Shown piece by piece: positions 41,741 to 56,570 of a stretch of 64,000 nucleotides of DNA. Position 1 is the first letter of the stretch. Each line of letters begins with the position of its first letter. This DNA is from the human T2T-CHM13v2.0 reference genome, Homo sapiens: the NCBI RefSeq assembly GCF_009914755.1, contig NC_060931.1; one strand, given 5' to 3'. Position numbers and translations under genes: made by a program. The notes under the pieces are model-generated. The model was given only the letters and a program-made list of their open reading frames with translations, did no database searches and was not told the DNA's origin.

Positions 41741-44194
41741 TTTTTTCTTTCCTCTTATTCTCTTCAAATACTACAATAGATATAGCATTACTACTTTTAA
41801 GAGCTTTGCTCTTTCAAGATCATCAAAGGCAACTAATAGCTTCATAGTTTTTTTAAAAAAAATATGTTAAACTTCTGCATTAAATCTGCTGGCTGCTTTA
41901 AAGCAGTAAGAAATGTACTGTGTGGAATTTTAAGCTTGAGCATCAGGAAAATGGGTTAAAAACTACAACCATTTCTAGACACCTACAATCTCCTTCCCTC
42001 TAGCAAAATCCTTTTCAGCTAGGAACTGATTTTCTGATAGGCTAGATTTGATTGATTTCAGAAAAGCTCAGAACTTTTTGTTAGGAATTTTCCGGCTTAC
42101 TTACAGCTCAAACTCCCACTCTCTTATGGCACAGATAAATTTTGAGTCGCTTTGAGGCAAGGACCTGTTCTTACTCACTTTTGTATCCTGAACATTGCCT
42201 TAAACTTGATAAATATTTGTTGAATTAATGAACATATGAAATTTCCTAGAATCTTCAAGCTCGAGTGAATTGGAGAAAACTTGACACTTCCAGGTTAATT
42301 AGACTCTGGAGCCTTCACCTCTGACTGCCTTTGGGATGTTTTGGTGTAGATAGTGTCAAAGAGGTTGATAGGTGATGTGTTATAGACGGCTTCATGGAAA
42401 TGTCATGAACCTGTGTAGAATACTGCCAGAAAACTCGCCAACTTTTAAATATCTAATGTTTCTTTTCTAAGAGAACTAACAAGAGCCCTTTTCTTCTCAT
42501 AAATACGCAATCAACAGATTATAGAAAAATACGTCCATAGCACAATGACAAACATCAAATGAAGTATTGGTCATATCCTGCTTGGGTATAAGCAATTTTC
42601 TAATAATAAAGCTATCATTCAAAGAGCAATAATTCTAGGGCTCTAAATATTGACATGTGAAGCGGACCAGGGCAGGAATGTGCTCAGTGATTACCCTACT
42701 GGTCTCAACATGTTACTGTTTTGCCACAATCCAAATTTAAATCTCAATGGCCTAGGTTTTTTGTCATCTTTCTGTCTGAGTTCTTGAACCCTTACTGATA
42801 GACTGGAATAAATGATAAAAGATCCTGAACTGCCTTCAGGATCTTTTCCCTCAGAATGAGACACAAGTCAGGTATTTGTAGATGGTCTCCTGACATACAA
42901 CAAGCATACTGAATTTGAGAAAGGGGTCTATTTTGGCTCAGGACGTAAGTAACTCCATAGCAATTATTTCCATTATAGACAGCTGATTTATGGTAATGAT
43001 TAACTCAAATAATCATTTTATTTAAAAATTCACTTGGAAACTGAAAAGTCAAACTTCAATTTAGCAAAAAATTGAATATGAGAAATTGGCTTCTACTATA
43101 TAAAATTTTTGCTAAATATGGGGTTAATCAGATACCTATTTATGTCTCATTTCTCACTTGTCTTAGTGAAATGCACCTTAGTTTGACTCAGAAAGCACAA
43201 TCAAGTCAGCCTGTTGCACTATCTTTGCCTACTTGCATTTCATTTCTTTCTCGCTTCAACATTTATTAGATGCCTATTTGAGGAGGAGGAAGAGGAGGTT
43301 AAAACTATGAAGCATACGCAAATCAGCCACCTTTAAGTGCAGTAATTAAAGATGATAGTTTATATATATTAATATAGTCACTGGCCCTGTTCTTTCAAGT
43401 GCTGTGAAATGCGTGGGTTGGATAGAGTTGAGACTTCCTCACATAGGTTCCAGCACCTTTCAGGCAACTGCTATTAGTAGGCAATTACTTGATGGTTTCT
43501 GTTAATAGATCAGGTCAGGTTTAACTTGAAGTCACTTGCTTTTATACTGTGTCTCATAACAGTCGGCATTTGGTATCAATTGCTAAAACGTCTTTTCTTC
43601 CTCTGGCAGCAGTTGAAATTAATTTGGTGTTCTTCCTGCTGGCTTATCCCTGTGCAACATTATTTCTTCTTAGTTCTTGACATAAAGACTTCCTCTAGCA
43701 GGGCAGCCAACCTAATCCCCACAAAGAAAATGGCCCGGCAGGCAACCCAGGCTGTCACAGCAGCAGACACTGAACCCAAACCCAGGTCGGCTGCTCCTTT
43801 GCCCCCTTTCTCCTTCTCCATCTGCGTATTTAGAGTGAGACTCTAAAGAGGCTTTTGTGCAAACTTCGACTTATATTAAGAGGATATACACTGTGGTAGG
43901 AAAACGAGAGGCTTTGGGTTTAGATAGCCCCTTTTTTACACTTTGATTCCACCCCTTACTTGTGTGACCCGGGACAAGCCATTTAATCTCTCGGTACCTA
44001 GTGACTTCATCCGTAAAACAAGAAACTCATTTCAACCCCATATATACATACATACATATGTATTACCTATCATATGCCAGACAGATAGTAAGTTAGTAAG
44101 TGCTTCAAAAATTCCTTCTTGGAAGGAAATGTCCTTTCTACAGCCTCAATCCAAAATGAATGGTTGTGATTTTTTGGAGGTAGTCTTTTTAAAG

Positions 44195-44405
44195 CTCCCC
44201 TGACTCAAATAGCCTAGCTGAGTGAAGGGACAGCCTTCTCAGGGCCCTGTGGGCCTGTCACAAGCAATGATTTATGGCTTGTGACAGCACGTGCTCATGT
44301 TTGAAACCACAGCTTGCTGAGGCTAGAGTGGGTTTCTGAGGCTTTTGTGTAATGGGCTTTGTTTCATGCTAATAAACACAAAAACTTCTTCTCTATAAAC
44401 ATGTT
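44195..44405. promoter_or_regulatory. Candidate enhancer (AP-1, MEIS/PBX-HOX/MEIS, E-box, RUNX, FOX motifs)
   Basis: Dense motif cluster in apparently non-repeat DNA; see finding. Confidence 0.5.
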
Positions 44406-45369
44406 CCTTATGGACCCCTGAGGCTATAGTGCTGATGAGTTTATTTTTTTAAAGAAAAATAGGATGAACTACAACCACCCAATTAGAGAGACTCAGTCGG
44501 ATCACTAGAAGCTTTCAGTCCTGGACACAACAGAAGAGGTTTTAAGGGACTCATGCAGGAGAAACCATAATGAGAAAAACACGGAATTTGCTTTTATTCT
44601 TAGAAGCAGCTTTGTTTTATCTCTAGGCTCAGAGCTGTGCTGCTGGAACTGAACTCATTTCCCAACAAACTGTTTTTGTTTCTCACTTGTTATGTGAATA
44701 ACCTCAGAAATGCAGGCATCTTAGTCCCTGCAAGTGCAAAGAGTTTGACGACACAATGAGTAGCTGTGGACAATTTCCAACTCTCACCCGGAAGCCTGTA
44801 CCTATTGGAAGAGAGTCGCCAAATCCTAGGATGGTTCTGATCCAGGAGCCTCCCTAGGGAAATGTTAACAAAGAGGATGAAACTAAAGAAGTAATTCTCT
44901 AGGTACTGCTTTTACCCATGGGCTATTGCCCAGACACTGCCATGTGTGCATTTTTTAAGATTATTTGTGGATGATGGGATCATGGGCAGCTGATGAAGAA
45001 AAACATCAGAATAAAAGTTCTAAAGCATAGTAAGCCTCCACCTGTGGAGCCACCCTGATGTGCAGATATATTCTAAAGTTTGAGTCCAAGCTGTTCCAGA
45101 TCAATGCCATTAAGATTAGGGCTGCATCTCTTCACTGAGCTAGCCAGCTCTGAGATACCACAGCAGAGTTCTGATTACATACATCCCTTCCTTATCTTCC
45201 TCTAATTTTTTTTCCTCTGTTGATTCCCCCATTGTTGGCATATCTTATCAAGGTTTGTTTTTCTTTAGGTCGTTATTAAAAATAAGAGAGAAAGATGTAC
45301 TTGCCTACTCTTAAAGTGGATCTTAAAGCAGATGTGTTTGTTCCATCAACTCATCCTCCGTTCATAGTA

Positions 45370-45920
45370 GCATATTCAGTACAGATACATTTATTAAACA
45401 CTAATACCAGCCATATCCTGTACCATGCACTAGGATTCAATAGTGAGCAAAACAGAAACTTAAAACCATAACCAAAAAATCAAAGAAATATAACACTGTA
45501 AACTATAATCAGTGGCACAGAGGAGAAGTACAAGCTACAAGAAGAACTTGTAGCTGGGGATCTGATAAAGGCTTATGAGTCACAGAAGCTTTCCTGAGGG
45601 ATGGTTTTTTTTGGATCAAGACCTGATGAATAAGTAAAAGCAAAAGCAAGATAATTCTGGGCCACAGAAGCAGCAGGTGCAAAGGTCCTGAACCAAAAGG
45701 AATTTGGCATATTGGTGGAACTGAAAGCAAGAGAGTGTTGCCAGAAAGCCAAAGATGAGTGGAAGATGACAAAGGCAGGGTTGGGAAGCAGTGGCCACAT
45801 CAAGTAGGACCAAAGACATTGGGTTTTTAATCTACAAACCAATGAGATACATTTAACGTTTAATAAAAAGAGATATGATCAGATTTGTTTATAAAATATT
45901 AAAATAACTGCAGCATGTAG
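45370..45920 (-). mobile_element. L2 fragment
   Basis: atacatttattaaacact...gaagctttcctgagg...gtgcaaaggtcctga pattern. Confidence 0.65.
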
Positions 45921-45938
45921 AGCTGATTAAAGAGAGGG

Positions 45939-46381
45939 TGTGGTGGTTTTAAAGTATGATCACAAATTCTCTTATATTCTTTGTTTCAATAGTTGGAGTA
46001 TAATTCTTCTCTTGAGTGTGGATGGGTTCAGTGATTCACTCCTAATAAAAACGGACAATGCAGCCCCTACCACATTCTCTTTAATCATTTGTTCTGGAGG
46101 AAGCTAGCTGCCCTGTGATGAGAAACTAAAAACTTCTAGCAAGAAGCTTGGAACTCCAACAGCCATGTGATCCAACTAGGGAGCAAATCCTCTAGCCACA
46201 GTCAAGCCTTCAGATGATGGTAGCCTCTGTCAACATCTTGACAGACTCCAAGTTAGAACAAACCAGCTTAATGGCTCCTGGCCTCCCGACGTTCAGAAAC
46301 TGTGTGAGAATATAATTATTTGTTATTTTAAGCAGCTAAATGTTGGAATGATTTGTTGTGCAGCAATAGATACTAAATATA
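45939..46381 (+). mobile_element. MLT1 (E/F-like) MaLR LTR
   Basis: tgtggtgg...cagtcaagccttcagatga...gcagcaatagatact. Confidence 0.75.
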
Positions 46382-49300
46382 GAAGGTAAAAACAGATATT
46401 AGTAGGATGTTTCCACAGCAGCCCAAACAGATAATGATGCCTTAACTTAAAGTGAATGCTACTCAAGTACATCTTCACTTCCTCTTTCTAAGCACACACC
46501 ATGGGTATCAGATATGACCACTGGAAAGCAGTAGAGGTAGCTTTGAATCCAGGGTTTGCTATTTGATTATAGAGGATCTTGTAGCGCCTCTCTATAGCAA
46601 GGGTTGTTTTATTCAAATGATGGAGCCACTAATATTACTTCCCTCTTAGATTACATGAGAGATGCATGTAAAGTCCATAGTAAAGGTGTTAGAGCATAGC
46701 AATTGACAGTTTTTATTATTATTATTATTTAGAGTATATCCATATAGATGATAATTTCTCTCTCTGAATCCTGTTCTTTGCTATGAGAATAATCGCCATT
46801 AAACACCACAGTATCACTTTCCTTATCAAATTACATTCATGGATTCCCATTACTTTCAAAATACACTTGCAATTTTTGGGCCATATATTAGGGGTTTCTA
46901 CCTTGAAGTGCCACCTTGCTACCTACGTGAAAGTGAAACTCTGCTCCCTGCAAATTCTTCTTCTCCTTAGTTTATTTTTTCATGGCTTGTGATGTTTGGT
47001 TGAGTCACTTAATTTCTATTATCCTTAGTTTTCACACCAATATATTGTACATATTAATAAATACCTACTCCTTCCCACTGTGCAGGGAAAGCATAATAAA
47101 AGTTCAATTGTTCATTGTGACAAACTTATCCTATTTACAAGAAGCCTGAGCCATGTATGTTGCACCTCCTGCATACACATACATAAAAATCAAAGAGCCA
47201 CCAAAGAGCATTACTCTGGAGGTTTTACTAACTTTGAGGAGGCACTTCAGGCGTCAGGCCTCAGGTCTCTACTGGTTTTAACTCACTTTCAGCATATTGA
47301 GCCCATCTTCCTCATCTCTAGTTTCCCAAAAGAAGTTTGAGATGTTGATTAATCACTGCTGATTCATTCTCAGTCATGTTTTATTGCTTAACTAACTTCA
47401 GGCAGTCTCTTGCCATCCTCAGAACAATCCAAAGCCCTATTGCTCTACATTTAGACACAGAGGATGAAGAGGAAGATTCCTTCATAGGACCAGGCAATAG
47501 CAAGTCTACTGACAGCTACTGAGATGACCTCAAATCTCCAAACTAGTCTGACTTCACTAACCAGAGGAACTGGAGAAATGCAGATGTTTGACCCACTTTA
47601 AATGCATCTGTCATTTTAAATAGTGCATATTTTTGGTGACTTCTCATTTGTATAGCCCACAGATTGGCTCAAAAGTAGGAATGCATAATTTTTTACTCTC
47701 TATGTTCCCAACCGAGATTATTACCCCTGGTAGAATGCCCTTCAGAGACCAGTGGTAGTACCTGAAAATTGTTTATGGGCCTCTTCCTCCCCTCTTCAAG
47801 CCTCCTTTAAAACAGAGAGAAGCTGCCCAATAGAGAGACTCTTTAATTTGCCAAGGACCAACCCAACCCAAAGTGTCTTGATCTTTTAATTTTTCTTGTT
47901 TGAAGTAGCATCAACACAAAGTAATTTTTATTAATCTAAAGTATGGCAGTGATTTTGCAATACGGTATATAATGAGGATTTTGTAGAAATCTTTGCAACT
48001 TTTTTAAATGTTCATATTTCCAATAACCACACCCTAGATTTCTCAGCATGATTCTGCATATAAAACATAACTACCAATACCAAGAGAGTAATTTAATAAT
48101 TCCATTGCTCTTTTGTATGATCTATAGCCTTCTTATATCTACCCAAATATGTTTTTCAAGTTTCCTATATAATATTTTAGATATAGTTGACATTTAAGTG
48201 GCCCCTGAACAAAGATCTTATTTATCAACAAACTGAGATGCAGTCTCAGTTCCAACACTTAGAAATATTTTTAAATTTTTTATTGAATGAGACAAACAAA
48301 AAAGTACACAAATCTTAAGTATACATCTCCTTTGAATCATTATAAAATTAACATACCCACATTCAATTAATTGTTTATTTCTTTGTGAATCATCAAAAAA
48401 CACCCAATATTAGCTTTCCCTGAAAAGGGTAGCTATATAAATTTTAAAATGCTAATCATGCCATTATGTATTAATTTTCTTCTTAATTGGATTTTTAATT
48501 TCCTTATTAATACACTATAATCTAGTCATTATTACTGATATAGATATTTTAGCATGCATATGTGCATGTTTGGGGGTGCTGTATGTGCACATTTGTGTTA
48601 GGGCCAGGATGGGACTGATTTAATCTGGCCTGTAGAATCACCAACTCTATTAAATAAGATATTTTTAGATATTTATGATGAAAAGACTCAAAACATTAGG
48701 CCTTTGTTCTTAGTCCTTGACATAGTATCTGAAAAATTTAATTCCTTCAGAACTGATATATTGAATAGACAGATTCTAGTTTTGAATATAAAAAGTTACA
48801 GCTGGAAGGTACCTAAAAGACCTCATTTTACATGTGAAGAAACCAAGTCTATGTACTTGAGTGAGTAGCCCAAGGTCACACACTAATTAGAGGCTCACCC
48901 AGGACTTTCCCATGCCCTACTTGATTACTCTTAACAGCTCATGCAACCCAAATGTGCTATTATGACTGCTGTTTCTGCAACAATCAGTAAGGACCAGCAC
49001 TAGTGTGTTACAGAGAGCAGTCAAAAGATAAAAGATAAAAGAAATAATGTACACTAACAAGAGAACATCTCAGAAATTTCCCCTCTTCCAGCAAACCAAT
49101 ACCGACACCACTTATAGGAACCTGACTGGGTTGCCCTTTATATAAGTATATGTTGTAGGGAAAATGCCAGAAGAAATACTACAAAAACAAGGCAAAGAAC
49201 TGTTGTTTTGACTGTATTTTGAAAAATAGCCTGAAAACTATTTTGGTGTGATATACAATATGATAATTTTGAATTCAGGTTGAAACAAAATTGGTTTTCT

Positions 49301-52300
49301 ATCTTGGTTATCAGTGGGGGGCAGAAAACTCTGATCGTAGGTACTGTTTATGCACTGGACATAGGTGTAATGTGTGATCACAGGTTATTTGTTTCTAACC
49401 TCAGTTTAGAAACTCCAAGTCTTGGTCTCCACAAGGGAAATACATAACCGGGATATTCTGCCCCACTCCATATGAGGTTCTGCCCATCTGGTTATGATGT
49501 TTACGTAGATACACACTTGTACACACACAGTTTCCTGGAAGGAACAGGAAAGTAATGGATTCTTTCAGATCAGTTCTCATGTGCACAGGCATACAACCAC
49601 TTTGGGAGGATTTAAAGTTAGGCAATAATTAAAAGCTGAAGTAGGTGTCTCTGGAAGCATCTAACCAAGTCTGAGTCATTATCACCATGATGGAAGTGCC
49701 ATGTGTTACCATATTCCTGAGCTATTTCCTCATTTAAGGGCTTCAACAGTACAACTCAGGGTCATTTGCTAAAATGATATTTGCATTTCCTTACAAATAC
49801 ATTCTACCAGTGATGTTTCTAAAAACATCCTCTTATTCATATCTAAATGGCTATCTTGCATTTGTGCCTCGATTTTGAGATGCCTAAGATTGTTTTCAGA
49901 AGTAGGTGAAATAAAGAAGAGGGGAGAAAGATTTCCGTATAAATTGCTAAGGTGAAGGGGATAATCCCTTCTATTATTGGGTGGATAAGTGTGTACATGA
50001 GTTAGGCAATGTGAAAATTTTTTCTCAGTGATTTAAATCTGGTTGGGGGAGAGGGTAGAGATCAAGAATCTTTTATGAAAGTTCTTAATTTCCAGTTGGT
50101 ACGTTAGACATTATTTTCTCAAAGAAATTACAGTGATATATCCTAAAAGTAGTCTATTAAATCTAAGTTAACTTTTTGGTAAAATAAGCTAGTCAAGGTC
50201 AATGTTGTTTATATAGGACAACGGATTCTGAATTTCTAAAAACTCAATTACATGGAAGCTTTTGGGAATAATGATCACCTAGGCTTATTTTGGTCTGTTA
50301 GTTTTTCTTTTGTAATAATCATTCTCTGTGATGACTGAAGTCAGTTGACTGTTCTCAAATAAGATTTTAATTAAATTGATAAATCCACAGGAAAATCTAT
50401 GAAATGTTTATAAAGTTGCCCCTGAAATTTTTTTCTTTCAAAACTCTGGAAATTAATGGTAATTAAAAAAATAGCTATCAAAATTTGACTTGTGTTGCTC
50501 AAAGACCATGTGAGGAAATTTATGGTTTCAGACATAATGAATAGCTAGTATTGTACTTACTTTCCCACCTTAAACTTTAAAACCTGCAGAAAACATATAA
50601 AATAACTATTTGCAGTTATGAGACTGGAGCCCAGGCAGAGCTACAATCCTTAAGAGAAAGGGGGCACTGAAGGTAACCCTCACATTCACTAAGGTTTTTT
50701 TGTTTTTTTTGTTGTCGTTGTTTTTTGTTTTCTGGAAACAATTTCTGGACTGTGGTGCAGGAAAATGGAACCCATGCAGACAGTGATAGATAAAAATGCC
50801 ATGACCTTTTTGTAATTTTGACACACATTTTTATAAAACGATATGCTCTTCATTAAAAAAATAAAGTTTTACTTGGAAATTGAGGCCTGACAACTCACAA
50901 GCAAACTAAAACATTTGCTTTTTCTCTGTTGGAATAATATCTTACTACATGTTTTAGAAGAAAAAAAATCTTTTCCTCTTCCACTTTTTTACCTTTGACT
51001 TCAGGAATTCTAATGCTAATTTCCAGGTGGATACATTGTAGTATATACCTTTTATTGTCTAATAAAATCAAACTTTTCCTAATTTCGGTCTCCAAGGAGA
51101 ATGTATTGCTTTGGGCTTCAAATCAAGTTAACTGAAGGGGCAATATCTGAGAGCAATAGCAGACAAAGTACCTTCAAAGATAGCCGAATGAACTAACCAG
51201 TTGAATCGGATGCTGAGCATGTTGACCAAAGTGAAGACTTTAGGTTGACGCAACTGAGGTGGCATTGTTTTTCTCTTTACTCATTGGCTCAAAGTTTCAG
51301 CTCCAATTTGAGATCACTTTTAGATTGGGATTGTAAATTTTCACTACATATTAAAATGTAGTCAATCAGCAGCACAAGATGCAAGCTTCACCCCTGGGTG
51401 ACACACATCCCTAATCTACTAGAGGTCATCAATGCCAAGGGGCAGCCATGGTTCATCTTCTGGGCTGCCATCTTACTTGAAGTTTGGAAGAAATAATGAT
51501 TCCTTTTAGCTTCCATCCCACACAGACATACTGTGAAAATGCAAAAGGATACATGAACTTAAAGATAAAATCAGAAACTTAAGAAAGGGAGCCCCTTTGG
51601 TGCATATTTCTGACAGCCCACGGGGTCTGTGTTTATTCTTCCCTGACACTGGAGAGAAATAGTTTGAGAAGGAAGCGCACATGCTGTCACATCAGCCTGG
51701 GATTCAAACTCATCTCAGCCTCTCATTGACAGTGTCACTTGGGAGAAGTGGCCTAAACTCTCTGAGATTTACTCATATTTAAAAGGAGGAAACCAATATT
51801 TACCTCAAATATTGCCATAAATTAAAAAAGTGTGGTGGCAAAAACCTTCCTCTCCATGCCTGACTAGATGGTACCCTCTCTTCATTGTTCCTATCACCTA
51901 AAATTCTGTCATAATCACTTAGATATAAGTTTAAAAAAGGAGGGGGAATGGGAGATATGCTCTCAGGTTTGCTGCTCAAGAGCTAACTTTTCCTCTAGTT
52001 CTTTCACAATGATGCTGTCATACAGGCTGGGAAGAAGTCTACACTGACAACGCAGAGTACATCTCATATGTGGCTCTTGCCTAATGTACCAGGCCTGGAA
52101 ATTGCCTTAGATTGCTTCTGTTTTCTCTACTGGGTGAAGCTGAGTAAAAAGTATTAAATATAAGTGCTATCCCAAAGTGCTAACTTGAGTAACTCTACAA
52201 AGAGTAGGGCAGGAGGGTGCATGAGGGGTCCAGTCAGGGGCTCCCAGGCGTTGTGGTGGAGTAAAGCATTAAGGGACAAATAGGATGACTGCAGAAGAAT

Positions 52301-52566
52301 CTCTGGAAATATGTGGAGACAGTTGGGGCCAGGGACTTCATTGCTGTCCTGTCATCTGTGTCTGTCTGGTATCTGAGGGTAACTGTAGTGTGGAAGTGAA
52401 ACGGGACAAAATGGTGGTGACAGGGAAGTGATCTCCAGAGCAGTGGTAATGGAAACTTCTTCCACTCAGGCGCTTCATAGATAAGGGCTCTTTGCAGGCT
52501 GGGAGTTTGTAATGTGGGGACTACTTAAAGAGCAATTTTTCAATGATATTTAAATTATTTGCAATT

Positions 52567-52622
52567 AATTTAAATTATTTGTGCAAATATGAAATTTAAA
52601 TTATTTGTGCAAATATGAAATT
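52567..52622. repeat. Perfect 26-bp tandem duplication
   Basis: aatttaaattatttgtgcaaatatga x2. Confidence 0.9.
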
Positions 52623-52844
52623 CTTCTATTAATGATTTTGTCCTGAGTGCCAAGGAAACCAAGAACACCAAAACAAGGCAAGACTCTAAAATTATCATTT
52701 ATCTGTTCCTCATTCTTTCAGCAATATTTAACATGTCCCAGGCACTGAGAATATAAAATGAAAAGCCCAGTGTCTGCCCCCAGGAATATGTATTCTGCCT
52801 AAGACAGTATAAGACATAGTCATTCACTTTTTAAAAGCATGTAT

Positions 52845-53220
52845 GAATATGCAATGTTTGTCTTTCTGTGCCTGGCTTATTTCACTTAACATAATGAGGA
52901 CATAGAGAGTAGAAGGATGGTGAGCAGAGGCTAGGAAGGGTAGTGGAGGGCTGAGGGGAGAAGAGGGCATCATTAATGGGTACAATAAAATAGAGAGCAA
53001 GAATGAATAAGACATACTATTTGATCTCGCAACACGGTGACTATAGTCAATAATAATTGTACATTTTAAATAAATAAAAGAGTATAATTTGGATTGTTTG
53101 TAACACAAAGGATAAATGCTTGAGGGGGTGGATACCCCATTCTTCATGATGTGATTATTTCACCTCGAATGCCCCACAAATATATACACCTACTATGTAC
53201 TCACAAAAAATTAAAAATAA
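52845..53220 (+). mobile_element. L1MA 3' end with inverted 5' segment
   Basis: 52845-52897 is antisense L1 3'UTR; 52898-53220 is sense L1MA 3'UTR ending in an A-rich tail. Confidence 0.8.
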
Positions 53221-54406
53221 GAATATGTGAAATTTATGTTCTAAGTATTCTTTCTCATTAATGTAAAAGCATATGTCACCCATTATTTTTCATCTTCTGA
53301 TTTCTCAAAGCCCAAGGTCATCTCTGGCAGTATTTTTAAGAAATTAATAATAATAATAAATATTTGGCTCAATTCTAAACTTATAGAACCAGAATTTCCG
53401 CTTTTGAGGCCCAGAAAGTTGCTTTTTTAGCAGACTCCCAATGTGATCTTTTGTAATTAAAATTGAGAACTATAGCTGACTTTCTCTTTCTTAACATTGC
53501 CCCTTATCGTAAGATAGACACTGAGAACTTCAAAAGCGAAAACAGAAAAGATCACATCTGCCATGAAATTTCCAAATAGTCTTTCTTAAGTATGTGTTGA
53601 TGCATAAACTGATTTGTTTTGACTGATTTTATCTGTGAGGCCAATCCACAAAACAGTCATGTCAATCAAAAAGTCATTTCCTTTTGTTTGCGTTTTAACA
53701 TTCGCCAGCCTGGGGCTTGTCACAGACAAAGGTTACCTGATTACATTACCGTGGCAGGCAGGTGGGTGACTTCTGTAGGAGCCATACCAGAGACATCCAT
53801 CAAAGGAGAACTTTTCAGTGGGCAGATCAGTACTTAATGAAAGTGCCAATGGCTTTCACAGACAAGTTTATCTGGACTCCTCTTAACTCTCTTGATAATA
53901 AACATCCCATCTTCTCTCAATAAATAGTCTTTCTTAATTTCTAAGTAGGCAAAGGTAATCAGGTCTAAGAGGACCAAGTATATTTTTTGAGGGGTGGGAA
54001 GGGAGAGGTACAGAAGCTTTGTTCCCTGGCATTTGAAAGGAGGAACAGGGAGGCTGGCAAGCACTGGGGTTTCCAATGTGGCTCCCAGAACCAGGCAGGT
54101 ACAGATTCGACTCTCGCTTACCATGCCAGCTGGGGCATTCAGTGTAGCCAAGCCACAATTTCCTCATTCTGAAATTGAGGAAGTAAAAATAACTAACATT
54201 TACTGAGTGCCTGTCATGTGCCAGGTCCCCTCTCACTGAGTCCTCCCAATACCTCTGCAATGGAGAGGACAGTATGCCCGTTTAACAGGTGATGAAGTTG
54301 GGGGACAGAGAACTACTTCAGAGAGATTTTGACGGCACTAACTATGATAATGTTTGGAGTGCTTAACACAGACCTTAATATTTATAAATGCTGAAGACTC
54401 CTATTA

Positions 54407-54851
<445 letters not shown>

Positions 54852-56388
54852 TCATACTTCAAAGGAAGAATGCATGGAGCTTCTAAAGTTAGTTCCAGGA
54901 GATAGAACCTATTATCTCCACAGTATATGACTCTCATTACACTGGGCAGGACCAGAAAGCACCACAACCAAGAAGAAGTTTTTTTCTGAAAACAGTACTA
55001 ATCAGTCATTTTGACTACTTCCGAGGGACACATAGTGGGTGCTTTGGTTGGTTTTGAGGAGCTTTGGGTAACTGATCCAAATATGAGTTCCATTGGTTGG
55101 TTGCTCCCAGAGAGGTAGAGCAAGAAGCAGTGTGGCATAGGAAAAGAGCCAAAGCTCTTTCAGGTGCTTGGGAGAGGAAACAGAGCTGGAGCTGAATCCT
55201 GATCTCTTTCCCTCCACTTAAGAGTTGAGTGATCCTGGGAAAGCTACTTCAAGTGCTGAAGCTAGAAGTACCTCATAGGGTTATTTTGGAAAAGAAAACA
55301 AGAGGACCTATAGAAAGGTTCCAGCACACTGTCTGCCACACAACAGTTGCTCAGTAAATAAAAATTAATTATCATGATTAGTTTTATTATTAAGACTAGC
55401 TACCAATGATAACATTGTAAACACCCTAGATAGGATGGTGTAATCCTACGACTCAGTGGCCAGCATGGAGAGAGGTTATAAAAGTATGAACTCTGGTCAG
55501 GCTACTGTGTAAGTGAGTAGCATATAGAGCCAACTGGTTTGGGTGACCATAATCATTTATTTTTTCTTTCATTGAACCAAAAGTGTTGAGGCTTTGGGAA
55601 AGTACAAAGCAGGGGCTGCGTCTAAAGACAACCCTATTCCAGTTTTCTTTGAAAGTTTGGGCCCACAGATGTAGTTCCTATTAGGGGAGACTGTTTCTCT
55701 GGGCACCTACACAGAGAAAGAAATTCCTTCAGACTGAGAAGAGGATGGAAACTGTGGTCCCAAAAATACTGGAACCTGTTCTCAGCCTCCTGAAATCTCC
55801 TAAGTGTACTGGCAAGACCTCAACAAGCATGCCTGCCTGGTATTTCTAGAGGAGCCAGACTGTAGGAACAAAGGACCCTAATCTCAGCAATGGTATTGCA
55901 TCCCAAGTCTGCCATGAAATAGTAAAATTGCGAGACCTAAATGAGCCCTGTTGGCTTACACAGTGGATTTCTCAGTGGTAACCAGTGTGAACTGAAAACC
56001 TAAGATGACTTGCTGATACCCCCAAGCTTTGTAGACTTAACTTTCCCCTACAATCAAGGACCCACTTAAAACAGTGGGGAGGGGAGGCTCCATGATAGCC
56101 AATGATTAGATTCCTTGCCAACTTGATGGGATGTGGAATGAACAAAAGATATATAATAATATTCTTTGCACACCGAAGTCTAGAGTAAGACTTATATTTG
56201 CAACATGTGTTAACCAGACAGTCATTGAAATTGCTTGTTGAAATTGGACATTTATGATAAATCAAAAGCTGCACTATTTGGGATTCCCTCTACCTTCCTG
56301 AGAAGCCCCACTGGGTCTCGTCTAATGGCAGGGAGTTATGTGCTTCAACCATAAATCTAAGAAATGGAACTCAGTTTGTATCTCTAGC

Positions 56389-56570
56389 ACAGTGCTTCTC
56401 ACACTTGAGCATGCATCAGAGTCACCTGGAGGCTTTGTTAAAGCACAGATTGCTGAGGTTTACTCCCAGCGTTTCTGGTCTAGTGAGTCTAGCGTTGCCA
56501 GAAAATTTGCATTTCTAATTAGTTTCCAGGTGATGCTGATGCTGTTGGTACAGGAATTCCACTTTGATAA
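56389..56570. mobile_element. MER5A hAT relic
   Basis: cagtgcttctcacacttgagcatgcatcagagtcacctggaggc...gatgctgatgctg. Confidence 0.82.

Noticed and set aside
42817-42847. Rho-independent terminator
   Set aside because: Mammalian intergenic context; kept only as a DNA hairpin.
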